Shown: positions 26,086-34,585 of the stretch, in pieces
Layout: each line of letters starts with the position of its first letter
How positions within the stretch are numbered: position 1 is the first letter of the stretch
DNA from: a virus
Taxonomy: Duplodnaviria > Heunggongvirae > Uroviricota > Caudoviricetes
DNA: 64,000 bases
Direction: 5' to 3' (one strand)
IMG/VR virus record: IMGVR_UViG_3300046518_000157
Coordinates: 24,398 to 88,397 of that record
The notes under the pieces: model-generated
The model's input: only the letters and a program-made list of their open reading frames with translations
The model's database searches: none
What the model was told of the DNA's origin: nothing
Position numbers and translations under genes: made by a program

Positions 26086-26484
26086 TTACTTAGAGATTTG
26101 ATCGAGTGCAAACGTCTTGTACATCGAGCTTGCTATTTCGAAGTTATGGCTCCAGCCCCACTCGTTCTGAACGTACTGTTTGAACAGTGTCTGATCCAGT
26201 TCGATGGTGTCGCTGACCGACCATTCGAGCATTTTGATTGCATCGACGTACTCCTTCTCATAGCTCTGAGGTGGAGCGAACTGGACTGCACGGACTTTGA
26301 GAGCGTCTGTTGCTGAGCTGGCCCCTACTTCATACAGCTTTACCTCCAGATCGTCCATCAGTTTCAAACGATAGCCGACTACCGCTTCAGCGTAGTCAAT
26401 CTTGTGCTGAGCCAGGTTTACTTTCAGTTGTTCGATAAGCTTGAGACGATCAACCGTAACAGAGCGTTGGTGTGAATTCATCAT
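26086..26484 (-). CDS. Hypothetical protein
   Basis: 132-aa ORF. Confidence 0.45.
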   Translation of the reverse strand: MMNSHQRSVTVDRLKLIEQLKVNLAQHKIDYAEAVVGYRLKLMDDLEVKLYEVGASSATDALKVRAVQFAPPQSYEKEYVDAIKMLEWSVSDTIELDQTLFKQYVQNEWGWSHNFEIASSMYKTFALDQISK

Positions 26485-26948
26485 GGTCTATTCCATGTTA
26501 GTTAAATGGTCGGCGCATCCGGGTACGATCCGGAAAAGGAAGATTAAAAGTCTTCTATGATACCAGTTTCATCATACGCCGCTTACCAGAAGAACGTGTA
26601 ATTATACACGGACTAAAGAATTTTTCAAGAGAAATAAGAACTGGGCCACCGGTTAGGTTTGCCCAGTCCTCAGATACAACGCTTCTGCCATGCTATCGAG
26701 TAGTCTTAACAGAAGTTTCACATTTTGGAGCAAGTCCCGGCAGTAGATGCCGCAATATCCAAAGTATAAATCTCTACAAATATAGTAGTAGAGATGGGTG
26801 CAACCTAGTAAATATGACAGCTAACGTACTCCCAGTCCCCCAGGAGATACAGCCTTTTCAACGGGAGGCCACCCACGAGTCATTGAGCGTAGCGAGGGAA
26901 CCGAAATTCCCCCGACCCTGAGTTTCACAGGGTACTACCTAGCTGACC

Positions 26949-27923
26949 TTACTCCGATTTCGGAGCAGCCTTCGGCGTCCAGTCGGTCGGAACCTTCAGC
27001 AGTTCCTTGTTTTCGACACGGTGCGACCCAACGTGGCCGACCAGAATGCCCAGCGGAACGAAGTTGTTCGTTTCCAGGCCATACGCCTTCGCACGGTTGA
27101 TGTCGGCAATACGAGTCTTTGCAGCTTCGACGGTGTTGCGAGCCGAACGGATTTCTGATACGTTTTCTTCGATTACGATTTCAGCAGCGTTCAGAACGCC
27201 CATCACTTCCTTAGCCGCCGCGATGGCCGCTTCCTTCTTCTGCGCTGCTTGCATGTCTTGCAGTGCTTCACGCAGATCCACGTTCAGACCGCCGAAGTCA
27301 GCGACTTCCTTGGTGAATTGCGAATCTGCCAGACGGATTATTGCGTTGCTCATGGTCGTTTCTTCCTTTTTGGTTGTAGGTACTTCGAGTTTATTGCAGA
27401 TGGTCTTGCCAGGGCGGAAATGCCGTTTCTTAAGATACTCCACCTTGACCTGATCGGTGATAGGGGTGCCGTCAGTATACTCAAACTGCACACCTTCCCT
27501 TGACACAATTACCGTGTAATCGTTGCATGGAATCAGATCTTCTACTGGCAAAAGGTGAAGGTGAAGCTGATACGGACGGGACTTGGAGTCTGTTGACTCT
27601 ATCTTCTTGGCGAGGTATAACTTACAAGAGCCGCCCATTACTTCAGGCTGTTTGATTTCAAGGAGAAAAGATCCGCTCGCACTAGGACAGTGCCCGCCAA
27701 CGAGCCTGTCGCATTTGGAGCAGCTCTGTTTCTTGGCGTCGAGTTTTTCCTTAAGCAACTGGCCGAGATTGGGCACTGCAGTTACTGGCTCATTCTCCTT
27801 CTGCTCAAAGTCGTTCATGCAAGGTCCGACCTTTGCGCTGACCGGTGTGAACCGATGGTCGAGATACTTTCCACCGCACGCAACACCAGGCCCTTTGAAT
27901 TTTTTGCAATCACCGCACGGCAT
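26949..27923 (-). CDS. Hypothetical protein with an N-terminal Cys cluster
   Basis: 324-aa ORF; CGDCKKFKGPGVACGG and further Cys residues. Confidence 0.5.
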   Translation of the reverse strand: MPCGDCKKFKGPGVACGGKYLDHRFTPVSAKVGPCMNDFEQKENEPVTAVPNLGQLLKEKLDAKKQSCSKCDRLVGGHCPSASGSFLLEIKQPEVMGGSCKLYLAKKIESTDSKSRPYQLHLHLLPVEDLIPCNDYTVIVSREGVQFEYTDGTPITDQVKVEYLKKRHFRPGKTICNKLEVPTTKKEETTMSNAIIRLADSQFTKEVADFGGLNVDLREALQDMQAAQKKEAAIAAAKEVMGVLNAAEIVIEENVSEIRSARNTVEAAKTRIADINRAKAYGLETNNFVPLGILVGHVGSHRVENKELLKVPTDWTPKAAPKSE

Positions 27924-28019
27924 TATTTCTCCTTATCTACAACGATTAAGTTCTGCAGCCTAAGACAAAGCTTAAGCGTTGAAGGGAACCCCGTACTGGA
28001 CTACGGGGGTACTGCGGTT

Positions 28020-28330
28020 TAGTTTCGGTGGTCCAAACACCTAGTTGGTTTCGCTGCCTTACCAACAGAAGTTCCAACAGAAAGAGTGCAACTACATCTC
28101 TCTCTTCAGCTTTCCAACAGCGCTCCGTCCTTTATAGAGCTTCGCCTCATCAGCGCCAGAATCGAACCGGCCCCTCTGTTGGAAGTTTCCCCTTAACTGA
28201 TTCGTTTAACTCTCAGCTAATCCGGTAGCGACTCCACTCTACCTCTCGACAGTTAGTTAATCCTCGTCAGGACTTTGGTGATTCGAACACCATCGCTTGG
28301 TTCAGGGGAAAAGAAAGGCATCGAATAAAT
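28020..28330 (-). ncRNA. Structured non-coding region with two tRNA T-arm-like hairpins (not complete tRNAs)
   Basis: Minus strand has GGTG-TTCGAAT-CACC (plus 28277-28291) and GCCGG-TTCGATT-CTGGC (plus 28155-28173), plus a long-range stem CTTCCAACAG/CTGTTGGAAG. No matching acceptor strands. A promoter-like motif lies upstream at 28349-28358. Confidence 0.3.
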
Positions 28331-28348
28331 ACAATGCTTCCTAATAAA

Positions 28349-28358
28349 CTTATACCAA
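28349..28358 (-). promoter_or_regulatory. Promoter-like motif TTGGTATAAG (minus), upstream of the T-arm-containing non-coding region
   Basis: Plus-strand cttataccaa; the next protein-coding start lies about 430 nt downstream (27923). Confidence 0.4.
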
Positions 28359-28384
28359 TTCGAAATGTCGAAATTGAATAAAAC

Positions 28385-28756
28385 TTACAGACAACGCTCA
28401 ATCACGTTTGCGATTTGCTTGAAGCTCAGCCTATCCGTATCATTCAGGTTTACCAGGGTAGTTGCCTGACCACGATACGTAACATTGATATCAGTAGGCT
28501 CTGCTGCATCTTTCTCGCTTGCAACCTCCATCAAACCTGCCCACTCTACAACTGCAGGAGGAAGATGCCCGAATGCGTCCATATAGCTAAATTTGCTAGT
28601 CTCTTTTGCAGCAAGTTCCGGATGCTCTTGAGCATGAATGTTGCATAGAACGCCGAGGCAACAGAATCCAATATCGTCACGGAGTTGGCCAGTAGTACGG
28701 GGGTAGTCACCGCTGCGAAGAGCTTTGAGCCACTTAGTTTTTACACGCTTTTTCAT
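28385..28756 (-). CDS. Member 8 of the tandem CCLGVL paralog family
   Basis: MKKRVKTKWLKALRSGDYPRTTGQ...GFCCLGVLCNIHAQEHPE...FKQIANVIERCL shares the N-terminal K-W-x-x-AL-x-SG-[ED]-Y, CCLGVL core and C-terminal I-A-x-[LV]-I-E pattern with its 7 neighbours. Confidence 0.6.
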   Translation of the reverse strand: MKKRVKTKWLKALRSGDYPRTTGQLRDDIGFCCLGVLCNIHAQEHPELAAKETSKFSYMDAFGHLPPAVVEWAGLMEVASEKDAAEPTDINVTYRGQATTLVNLNDTDRLSFKQIANVIERCL

Positions 28757-28785
28757 TTCAATTCTCGTTTAAAGTTGTTTACGAC

Positions 28786-29145
28786 TTACAGTTGTGCTTC
28801 AATAAGATCAGCGATTCCGGAAAATCCGGGATTCAAGCTAGGGCTATCGTTGAGAGTCCAAAGATCTTTCTTTGAGCCTTCGAACATTACCTTGCCATCA
28901 TCATCAAGGCCGGCCCACCTACGGACTTCATCTGCAAGCATTCCCGGCGAATTTCCGTAAACAACCACTCCCTCAAGACCGTCGGGGTAGTGAAATCCCT
29001 TGCTCTCAGGATGCTCTTTGAGATGAAGTTCACAAAGAACGCCGAGGCAACAGTGACCTTCAGTCTTTTTAAGCTGACCTGTAGTCTGCTTGTACTCACC
29101 GCTACGAAGAGCGGCTACCCATTTTGCTTTTACCACTTGGTTCAT
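28786..29145 (-). CDS. Member 7 of the tandem CCLGVL paralog family
   Basis: MNQVVKAKWVAALRSGEYKQTTGQ...GHCCLGVLCELHLKEHPE...FSGIADLIEAQL. Confidence 0.6.
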   Translation of the reverse strand: MNQVVKAKWVAALRSGEYKQTTGQLKKTEGHCCLGVLCELHLKEHPESKGFHYPDGLEGVVVYGNSPGMLADEVRRWAGLDDDGKVMFEGSKKDLWTLNDSPSLNPGFSGIADLIEAQL

Positions 29146-29147
29146 AT

Positions 29148-29504
29148 TTAAAGATCGTACTTAATAAGATCAACGATTTGTGAAAACGGCATATCGTGGT
29201 CGTTAAGGTTTGAAAGCCAAACTTCTCCGCCTTGCCTATTCGTGATCGACAATCCCCCGTCGAAAGACGCAAGACCAGACCACTTTTTAACTTGTACAGG
29301 CAAGTTACCTTCCGCTTTAAGAATGAGCTTCTTACCATAATCGAAATTGGAATTAACCCACGGCTCGCCCGTTTCCTTGGAATAGATATCGCAAAGAACC
29401 CCAAGGCAGCAGAACTGTTCATCTTTGTTGAGATTGAACTTTCCCTGCTTATACTCTCCGCTCTCAAGAGCAGCAATCCATTTCTGTTTGACTTCTTCGT
29501 TCAC
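29148..29504 (-). CDS. Member 6 of the tandem CCLGVL paralog family
   Basis: MNEEVKQKWIAALESGEYKQ...QFCCLGVLCDIYSKETGE...FSQIVDLIKYDL. Confidence 0.6.
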   Translation of the reverse strand: MNEEVKQKWIAALESGEYKQGKFNLNKDEQFCCLGVLCDIYSKETGEPWVNSNFDYGKKLILKAEGNLPVQVKKWSGLASFDGGLSITNRQGGEVWLSNLNDHDMPFSQIVDLIKYDL

Positions 29505-29845
29505 AGTTGAGCCTCGATAAGGTCTGCGATTTGGTGAAAGTTGTATCCACGGCCATCATTAAGAAAAGGGATAGACGAATGCATCGAATATCCTTCAACC
29601 TTAAATCTTATAGCCTGAAAGTTAACATCAGCCCATTCAGAGATATGGGAAGGAGGAAATCCTTCCATCGAATCAAACGATTGCTTCTTAGCACCAGTCT
29701 CTTTATCATGAACCTCGCACAAGACACCAAGGCAGCAGTGAGATGTACTACCATCTACCTCGTTTTGCTTAAGCCTATACCGGGTCTGTTTGTACTCCCC
29801 GCTGCGCAAGGCTTCAACCCACAGTTTCTTTACACGTTCGTTCAT
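29501..29845 (-). CDS. Member 5 of the tandem CCLGVL paralog family
   Basis: MNERVKKLWVEALRSGEYKQ...SHCCLGVLCEVHDKETGA...FHQIADLIEAQL; 4-nt overlap with both flanking paralogs. Confidence 0.6.
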   Translation of the reverse strand: MNERVKKLWVEALRSGEYKQTRYRLKQNEVDGSTSHCCLGVLCEVHDKETGAKKQSFDSMEGFPPSHISEWADVNFQAIRFKVEGYSMHSSIPFLNDGRGYNFHQIADLIEAQL

Positions 29846-30282
29846 AGCGCGTATTTGATAACGTCAGCGATTTGAGAGAAGGTGAGACCGGAGTCGTTCA
29901 GAGTTGCCAGAGTGAAGTAGTCGTATTGATTTATAGGATCATCTCCTTCTACCCAGCTCTTAGCCGGAACCACTGCTGGGTTCTCACCTTCGATGCCTGC
30001 CCAATCTTGGACTTTCTTATCAAGAGTCTTACCATTACCCTCGAAACGGAAAAGCGGTTTGTTGAGCAATTCCGTTGGGTAATAGTCTTCGTCATCGACA
30101 ATTTCATCAAGTGGCTTAACAGTGTGCGGTTCCCACTTGGCACCTTGATTCTCCTGGATATACAGATCCGTGAGAACTCCAAGGCAGCACATGCCTTCAC
30201 CGGTATTAAGACACTTCGTGGCTTGTTTATACTTACCACTTTCCAGTGCCCACACCCACTTTTCTTTGACTTGTTCGTTCAC
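29842..30282 (-). CDS. Member 4 of the tandem CCLGVL paralog family
   Basis: MNEQVKEKWVWALESGKYKQ...GMCCLGVLTDLYIQENQG...FSQIADVIKYAL. Confidence 0.6.
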   Translation of the reverse strand: MNEQVKEKWVWALESGKYKQATKCLNTGEGMCCLGVLTDLYIQENQGAKWEPHTVKPLDEIVDDEDYYPTELLNKPLFRFEGNGKTLDKKVQDWAGIEGENPAVVPAKSWVEGDDPINQYDYFTLATLNDSGLTFSQIADVIKYAL

Positions 30283-30662
30283 AGTTGAGCCTCGATGATG
30301 TCAGCGATTTGGTTGAAGTCGAACGACAAATCATCGTTCAAGTCCATCAAGTTGGAATTACGAGACCTAATATCGGCCTCTTCGTCGGAAAGAATAACCG
30401 GAGCATCCCCATGATTCGCAAGAATACCGGCCCATGCTCCAACTTCGCTAGGAAGAGACGTGTATTCTCTGTCAAACCTGTACCGTCCCAACTTAGCATC
30501 GAACTCCCATTTGAACTCTGGAAACTCTTTGGAGTAAACATCACACAGAACACCGAGGCAGCAGAAGCCTTGATTATCCTTGAGTGAGTATTGGGTCTGC
30601 TTATACTCCCCGCTTCGAAGCGCAGTAAGCCACTTGGCTTTAACTTCTTGATTCATCTTCAT
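30279..30662 (-). CDS. Member 3 of the tandem CCLGVL paralog family
   Basis: MNQEVKAKWLTALRSGEYKQ...GFCCLGVLCDVYSKEFPE...FNQIADIIEAQL. Confidence 0.6.
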   Translation of the reverse strand: MKMNQEVKAKWLTALRSGEYKQTQYSLKDNQGFCCLGVLCDVYSKEFPEFKWEFDAKLGRYRFDREYTSLPSEVGAWAGILANHGDAPVILSDEEADIRSRNSNLMDLNDDLSFDFNQIADIIEAQL

Positions 30663-31057
30663 TACAGAAACGCCTTGATAAGATCTGCGATTTCAGGAAA
30701 GGTAATGCCTTCGTCGTTCAGAGCTGCAATACTTGTGCTGATGTCGGCTTCCGGAATAGGTTCAGGATCTTTCCCTATAAAATTTGCACGTTCAGCGAAC
30801 GGAAGATACGGAACATTTGTGTCAATACCGGACCATGCCTGAACATCTAGAGGGGTTAGGTAAACCTCTCCATCGAAACCAGGCTTGCCTTCATCTTCAA
30901 TGAATTCCCACTCCAGGCCATGTTCTTTTGCGTAAATATCTGTCAGAACTCCTAGGCAACAAAAGCCGCCCTGGCCATTGTTCAAACAGCTCTTACCTTG
31001 GCTATATTCGCCGCTAGTAAGAGCTTCAACCCATTTCTGTTTGATTAGTTCATTCAT
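30662..31057 (-). CDS. Member 2 of the tandem CCLGVL paralog family
   Basis: MNELIKQKWVEALTSGEYSQ...GGFCCLGVLTDIYAKEHGL...FPEIADLIKAFL. Confidence 0.6.
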   Translation of the reverse strand: MNELIKQKWVEALTSGEYSQGKSCLNNGQGGFCCLGVLTDIYAKEHGLEWEFIEDEGKPGFDGEVYLTPLDVQAWSGIDTNVPYLPFAERANFIGKDPEPIPEADISTSIAALNDEGITFPEIADLIKAFL

Positions 31058-31605
31058 TACAGAAACGCCTTGATAAGATCTGCGATTTGAGGAAAAGAAA
31101 TACCAGCGTCATTTGCGCCAGCTACGCTTTCGTGGTATTCGGACATTTTGTCTTCATCAATCTCAATGTCTTCGCTATTGTGATCTTCGTCACGAGGAAT
31201 AAAAGGAAGAAGAGGAATCGGTTCTTTCAAACCAGCCCAGTCTCTTACTATGGAGGTAAGTACTCCAGCTTCATCCCATTCATTAGGATTCCCACCAGGA
31301 GCATCCAGTGCATACCGCGTAACACCTGCCTTAACTCCGTAATCGCTCAGTTTCCACTTGCCACCATTTTCCTTGATGTACAGATCCGTGAGAACACCGA
31401 GACAGCACATTCCTTGGCCATCGTTAAGACAACCTTTAGTCTGTAAATATTCCCCGCTGTTCAAAGCTTCAATCCATTCCTGCTTAATTTGTTCGTTCAT
31501 GGTCTTGATCCGGTATAGGTTATTATTACAATACAGGCTAACGCAATTGCGACGCCCAGTGTCCAAACTGATGCCTTTAGAGCGGCCTTCATTTTGAGAA
31601 GCCAA
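31057..31605 (-). CDS. Member 1 of the tandem CCLGVL paralog family (true start probably the internal MNEQIKQEW, near 31500)
   Basis: ...MNEQIKQEWIEALNSGEYLQ...GMCCLGVLTDLYIKENGG...FPQIADLIKAFL. The extra N-terminal 35 aa in the track ORF have no counterpart in the other paralogs. Confidence 0.55.
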   Translation of the reverse strand: MASQNEGRSKGISLDTGRRNCVSLYCNNNLYRIKTMNEQIKQEWIEALNSGEYLQTKGCLNDGQGMCCLGVLTDLYIKENGGKWKLSDYGVKAGVTRYALDAPGGNPNEWDEAGVLTSIVRDWAGLKEPIPLLPFIPRDEDHNSEDIEIDEDKMSEYHESVAGANDAGISFPQIADLIKAFL

Positions 31606-31648
31606 AAAAGAGAGTGTAGAATTAAAGAGCTACTTCTTATACAACTCT

Positions 31649-31658
31649 CTTATACCAA
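31649..31658 (-). promoter_or_regulatory. Promoter-like motif TTGGTATAAG (minus), upstream of the paralog array
   Basis: Plus-strand cttataccaa at 31649-31658; a partial copy (cttatacaac) sits at 31636-31645. Confidence 0.45.
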
Positions 31659-31673
31659 AATTGAGGACTATAA

Positions 31674-32291
31674 TTAGTCGTCGTGCTTGCCGTCGTAATG
31701 ACCTTTCCAGTACCCTTTATTCAATTCTCCGTTTATTGCCTTAACAAGAGTTTGAGCGGGAGCTTCTCTCAGAGCAAGCATCATTGCGAAGTTAGCAATA
31801 TCGGTAGGGTCACCCTTGTACAAGTGTTCAACCAACATATCTGCAAGTTTATCAACACTGCACCTTTCAGGATTGTCCCAACCGCCACGACCTTTCTCCC
31901 GAGCTTTAGCGAGCTTCGCTTTCATCATTGCTGCAAACTTATCCACAGCAACGTCGTCGGGATGAGGTTCTTCAACGGGTTGTTTGAAGCCCTGAAACAT
32001 CTTCCTCAACTCTTCCATTCCCGCTTCAACTTGTCGAGCAGCTTCTGCAAAGGCCTCATACTGAGCAAATTGAACCGGAGACTTTTCATGTCCCAGAGCT
32101 TCAAGCATCATCTTCAGATCTTGCAAAGCAATTTCTCTATTCTTGTGCTGAGACCTGTGCGTATCACATGTAGCAGAAGCTCCTGTCGGGATATGAGTTG
32201 CACGAACCCCTACCCCCATAGAGGAGCCTACCCACGTTCTAGGCTCCGTATAAAACACATCTAACTTAATGTCTTTTGGATCAAGTTCCAT
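31674..32291 (-). CDS. Release-factor-like protein (class I RF / ArfB GGQ-domain homolog) lacking the GGQ motif, plus a C-terminal helical domain
   Basis: VRATHIPTGASATCDTHRSQHKNREIALQDL aligns with the RF1/RF2 segment RITH[LI]PTGIVVxCQxERSQHKNKxxALxxL. The preceding GGQ loop is replaced by the shorter GSSMGVGV. Confidence 0.55.
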   Translation of the reverse strand: MELDPKDIKLDVFYTEPRTWVGSSMGVGVRATHIPTGASATCDTHRSQHKNREIALQDLKMMLEALGHEKSPVQFAQYEAFAEAARQVEAGMEELRKMFQGFKQPVEEPHPDDVAVDKFAAMMKAKLAKAREKGRGGWDNPERCSVDKLADMLVEHLYKGDPTDIANFAMMLALREAPAQTLVKAINGELNKGYWKGHYDGKHDD

Positions 32292-32544
32292 TTTTAGTAT
32301 CTCTCATTGCATAGGCGAAGTCACCAAGGCTTGAGGCTTCTTCTGCCATTTGTTTAAGTTCTTTGATTCTTTCGGCCAGCGTAATCACTGCCTGAGCCGA
32401 TGTGCTGATTACACCTTCAGCTTTGTACTTCTCCGCCAGCGCCAGAGCTTCGTTGATTGTCATTGTTGACATTCTCCGTTTCGTCTTTGTAAAGATGAGC
32501 CTCACAGAACATGAAAGCTCGTCCCAGTTTGTCCACATGCACAA
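32281..32544 (-). CDS. Hypothetical small protein
   Basis: 87-aa ORF. Confidence 0.35.
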   Translation of the reverse strand: MCMWTNWDELSCSVRLIFTKTKRRMSTMTINEALALAEKYKAEGVISTSAQAVITLAERIKELKQMAEEASSLGDFAYAMRDTKNGT

Positions 32545-32857
32545 GCGAGCCGCTAAATTGACTCAGCTTAGTCGGTGACTTGGACCTACACCCGTCGCAT
32601 TGATTGATCATTTTAGGTAAAGCACGATAGAGACGAAAGAAAATACAAAGAATCCTCCTGCAAAGAAAAGTTCGAATACAGTTGAGACTTTTCTTCCAGT
32701 AGGAAGATTTGTTTCTCGAATAGTAAGCACACCGAGAAGTAAACTGAGAATACAAAGAGTAATGTCGAGAATAATATGAAACATAGATATACAAAAAGAA
32801 AAGTTAGGGGATACAGCACCAGGACCAGCCTAAGCCAGTCCCGGTGCGGTTCAGTTG

Positions 32858-33070
32858 TTACGCCGAACGTCGCGGATGATCCGGACCAGGCTTGATTTTG
32901 AACGGCATCAGAGCCGTTGCTTTACCGATGTTGTTGCCATTTTCAGCGAGTGCTTTCTGAAGATCGAAACCAGCGTCTTTGTTAAGCTGGTCACGGACCT
33001 TCTTCAGTTCTTGCTTGTTGTCGTGCGAGTGCTCGCCGTTCGTGCCACGGATGATCCAAACTTTCTTCAT
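32858..33070 (-). CDS. Hypothetical small protein
   Basis: 70-aa ORF (MKKVWIIRGTNGEHSHDNKQELKK...). Confidence 0.35.
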   Translation of the reverse strand: MKKVWIIRGTNGEHSHDNKQELKKVRDQLNKDAGFDLQKALAENGNNIGKATALMPFKIKPGPDHPRRSA

Positions 33071-33130
33071 TTACAACTCCAGTATGGTTATTTTGTGAGA
33101 AGCCTAGAACTAGTCTAGGCACATGAATAC

Positions 33131-33523
33131 TTACTTGTTCATCTTGTAAGCGATGACAACCCGCTCGTTGCCCTTGCCCGTCACAACCGTGCGATTCTTC
33201 TTGCCGTTGCACGAGTTGAACGGGAAGTTGCCCGTCGAAGCCTTGTTGTCATGCTGCCAGCTGACACGGCTGGACTTGTTTTCCAGGTTACGACGCATCG
33301 CACCGTTCGCACGGTCCTTGGCAGTCTTGCCGACACGGGCACGCGGGTGATTCTCCGGGCCGATTTCCATGCCCTTCCAGAGAATCGTGACCTTCTCGCC
33401 ACGGGTGATGGTGGTCTTGTGACCGTCCTTCACGACGATTTCCTTCGGACCTGCGTTCTTGAACTCCGGCTTCTTGCCGTTGAACTTTTGTTGGCGATTG
33501 TCAGCCATTTTATTACTCTCCAT
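33131..33523 (-). CDS. Hypothetical basic protein
   Basis: 130-aa Lys/Arg/Gly-rich ORF. The opposite-strand ORFs in this span are rejected. Confidence 0.4.
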   Translation of the reverse strand: MESNKMADNRQQKFNGKKPEFKNAGPKEIVVKDGHKTTITRGEKVTILWKGMEIGPENHPRARVGKTAKDRANGAMRRNLENKSSRVSWQHDNKASTGNFPFNSCNGKKNRTVVTGKGNERVVIAYKMNK

Positions 33524-33648
33524 TTCTTGGTTTAAAACTTCATCGAGTTTTGATAAGGAAAAAACAAACTACTACTACAGTTGACCCACTACTTGTGTGT
33601 ACTCCGAGTAGTGAGCCGTAAAGAAATGATTATGTGTTCCGTAATATA

Positions 33649-33658
33649 CTTATACCAA
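33649..33658 (-). promoter_or_regulatory. Promoter-like motif TTGGTATAAG (minus)
   Basis: Plus-strand cttataccaa, about 130 nt upstream of the start at 33523. Confidence 0.4.
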
Positions 33659-33679
33659 GCCATATCACGAAACTTGAAA

Positions 33680-34585
33680 TCAGTTTGCTTTGAACTGAAA
33701 CTGGGTGCTTGCACCGGAACCGAGTTGATAGACCGGAAGTTTACCGTCCCATTTCTCGATCCACATCTGTTGCAGGATTTCCGGATTCTTGGCTAGTGCT
33801 TGACCACGAATAACCGTAGCCTGAGCATCGTTTGCTGCGATCTTCAGATCAGCATCCGAGTTTGCAATACGCTTTGCAGCTTCAGCCTGCGTCTTCTGCA
33901 GTTGGTTTTGCGAAGTGATTGCATCCATCTTTGCTTGTTGCTGTGCATTGATAGAAGCCTGGATTGCTTCCGGCCAATGGAAGGCACCGACGTTCGAAAG
34001 AAGCTCTACCGTCAGGCCATTAGGTGCTGCACGCTTGATAAGTTCAGCGTTGACCTTCGACATGAACGCGGGAATGTCATTGCTGATTTCATCGAACGTC
34101 AGATTGCCAGCAACTTCATTCAGGCTGTCACGAATCAGGTTACGAAGCGGACCCATCGTAATGCCATCAAGGTCTTTGTGATACTTCTGGAAGACGAGCG
34201 GAGCATTGTCTGCCGATATGTGGTACGAAATGCCGAAGTCAGCGTTGATGGCTACGCCGCCCTTTGCTTGAAACGTTACCGATTCATCGCTCGGATGACC
34301 TTCTTCCGGAGCCTTGCTGTACACGTAGTTTTCCGTGAACGTCGGATACTCGTACACAGTCGTGTTCCAGCCAGTAAAGTAACGGCCAGGGCCAAGAACC
34401 TTGGTTTGTACGCCACGGTCGCTGCCGTACATGTCTACCTGAACACCTACGAAGCCCGTTTCGACTTTGCTACAAGCAGCGAGAAGCAGGGCTGCGATGA
34501 TGAGGAAAATACGCTTCATTTCTTGGTTTTGCCTTTGAGAAAAAAGTGCCACACACAGAATGCTGTGAGTGGAATTGTGAGCCAC
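33680..34585 (-). CDS. SPFH/band-7 (prohibitin/HflK-C-like) lipoprotein
   Basis: Lipoprotein signal MKRIFLIIAALLLAAC, an SPFH-like core (VGVQVDMYGSDRGVQTKVLGPGRYFTGWNTTVYEYPTF) and a C-terminal Ala/Gln-rich coiled coil. Confidence 0.6.
   Translation of the reverse strand: MAHNSTHSILCVALFSQRQNQEMKRIFLIIAALLLAACSKVETGFVGVQVDMYGSDRGVQTKVLGPGRYFTGWNTTVYEYPTFTENYVYSKAPEEGHPSDESVTFQAKGGVAINADFGISYHISADNAPLVFQKYHKDLDGITMGPLRNLIRDSLNEVAGNLTFDEISNDIPAFMSKVNAELIKRAAPNGLTVELLSNVGAFHWPEAIQASINAQQQAKMDAITSQNQLQKTQAEAAKRIANSDADLKIAANDAQATVIRGQALAKNPEILQQMWIEKWDGKLPVYQLGSGASTQFQFKAN

Noticed and set aside
25980-26090. GC-rich hairpins (gcagg-ttcgg-cctgc, gggg...cccc) downstream of tRNA-Arg as another tRNA or a terminator.
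   Set aside because: No cloverleaf could be built and no U-run follows on either strand. Noted only as possible structure.
28100-28290. CUGAUGAG / CUGACGAG motifs on the minus strand as a hammerhead ribozyme core.
   Set aside because: No GAAA strand and no stem II/III arrangement adjacent to the motifs; most likely coincidence.
28155-28291. T-arm-like hairpins as complete tRNA genes.
   Set aside because: No matching 5' acceptor strands, D-arms or anticodon arms could be found around them.
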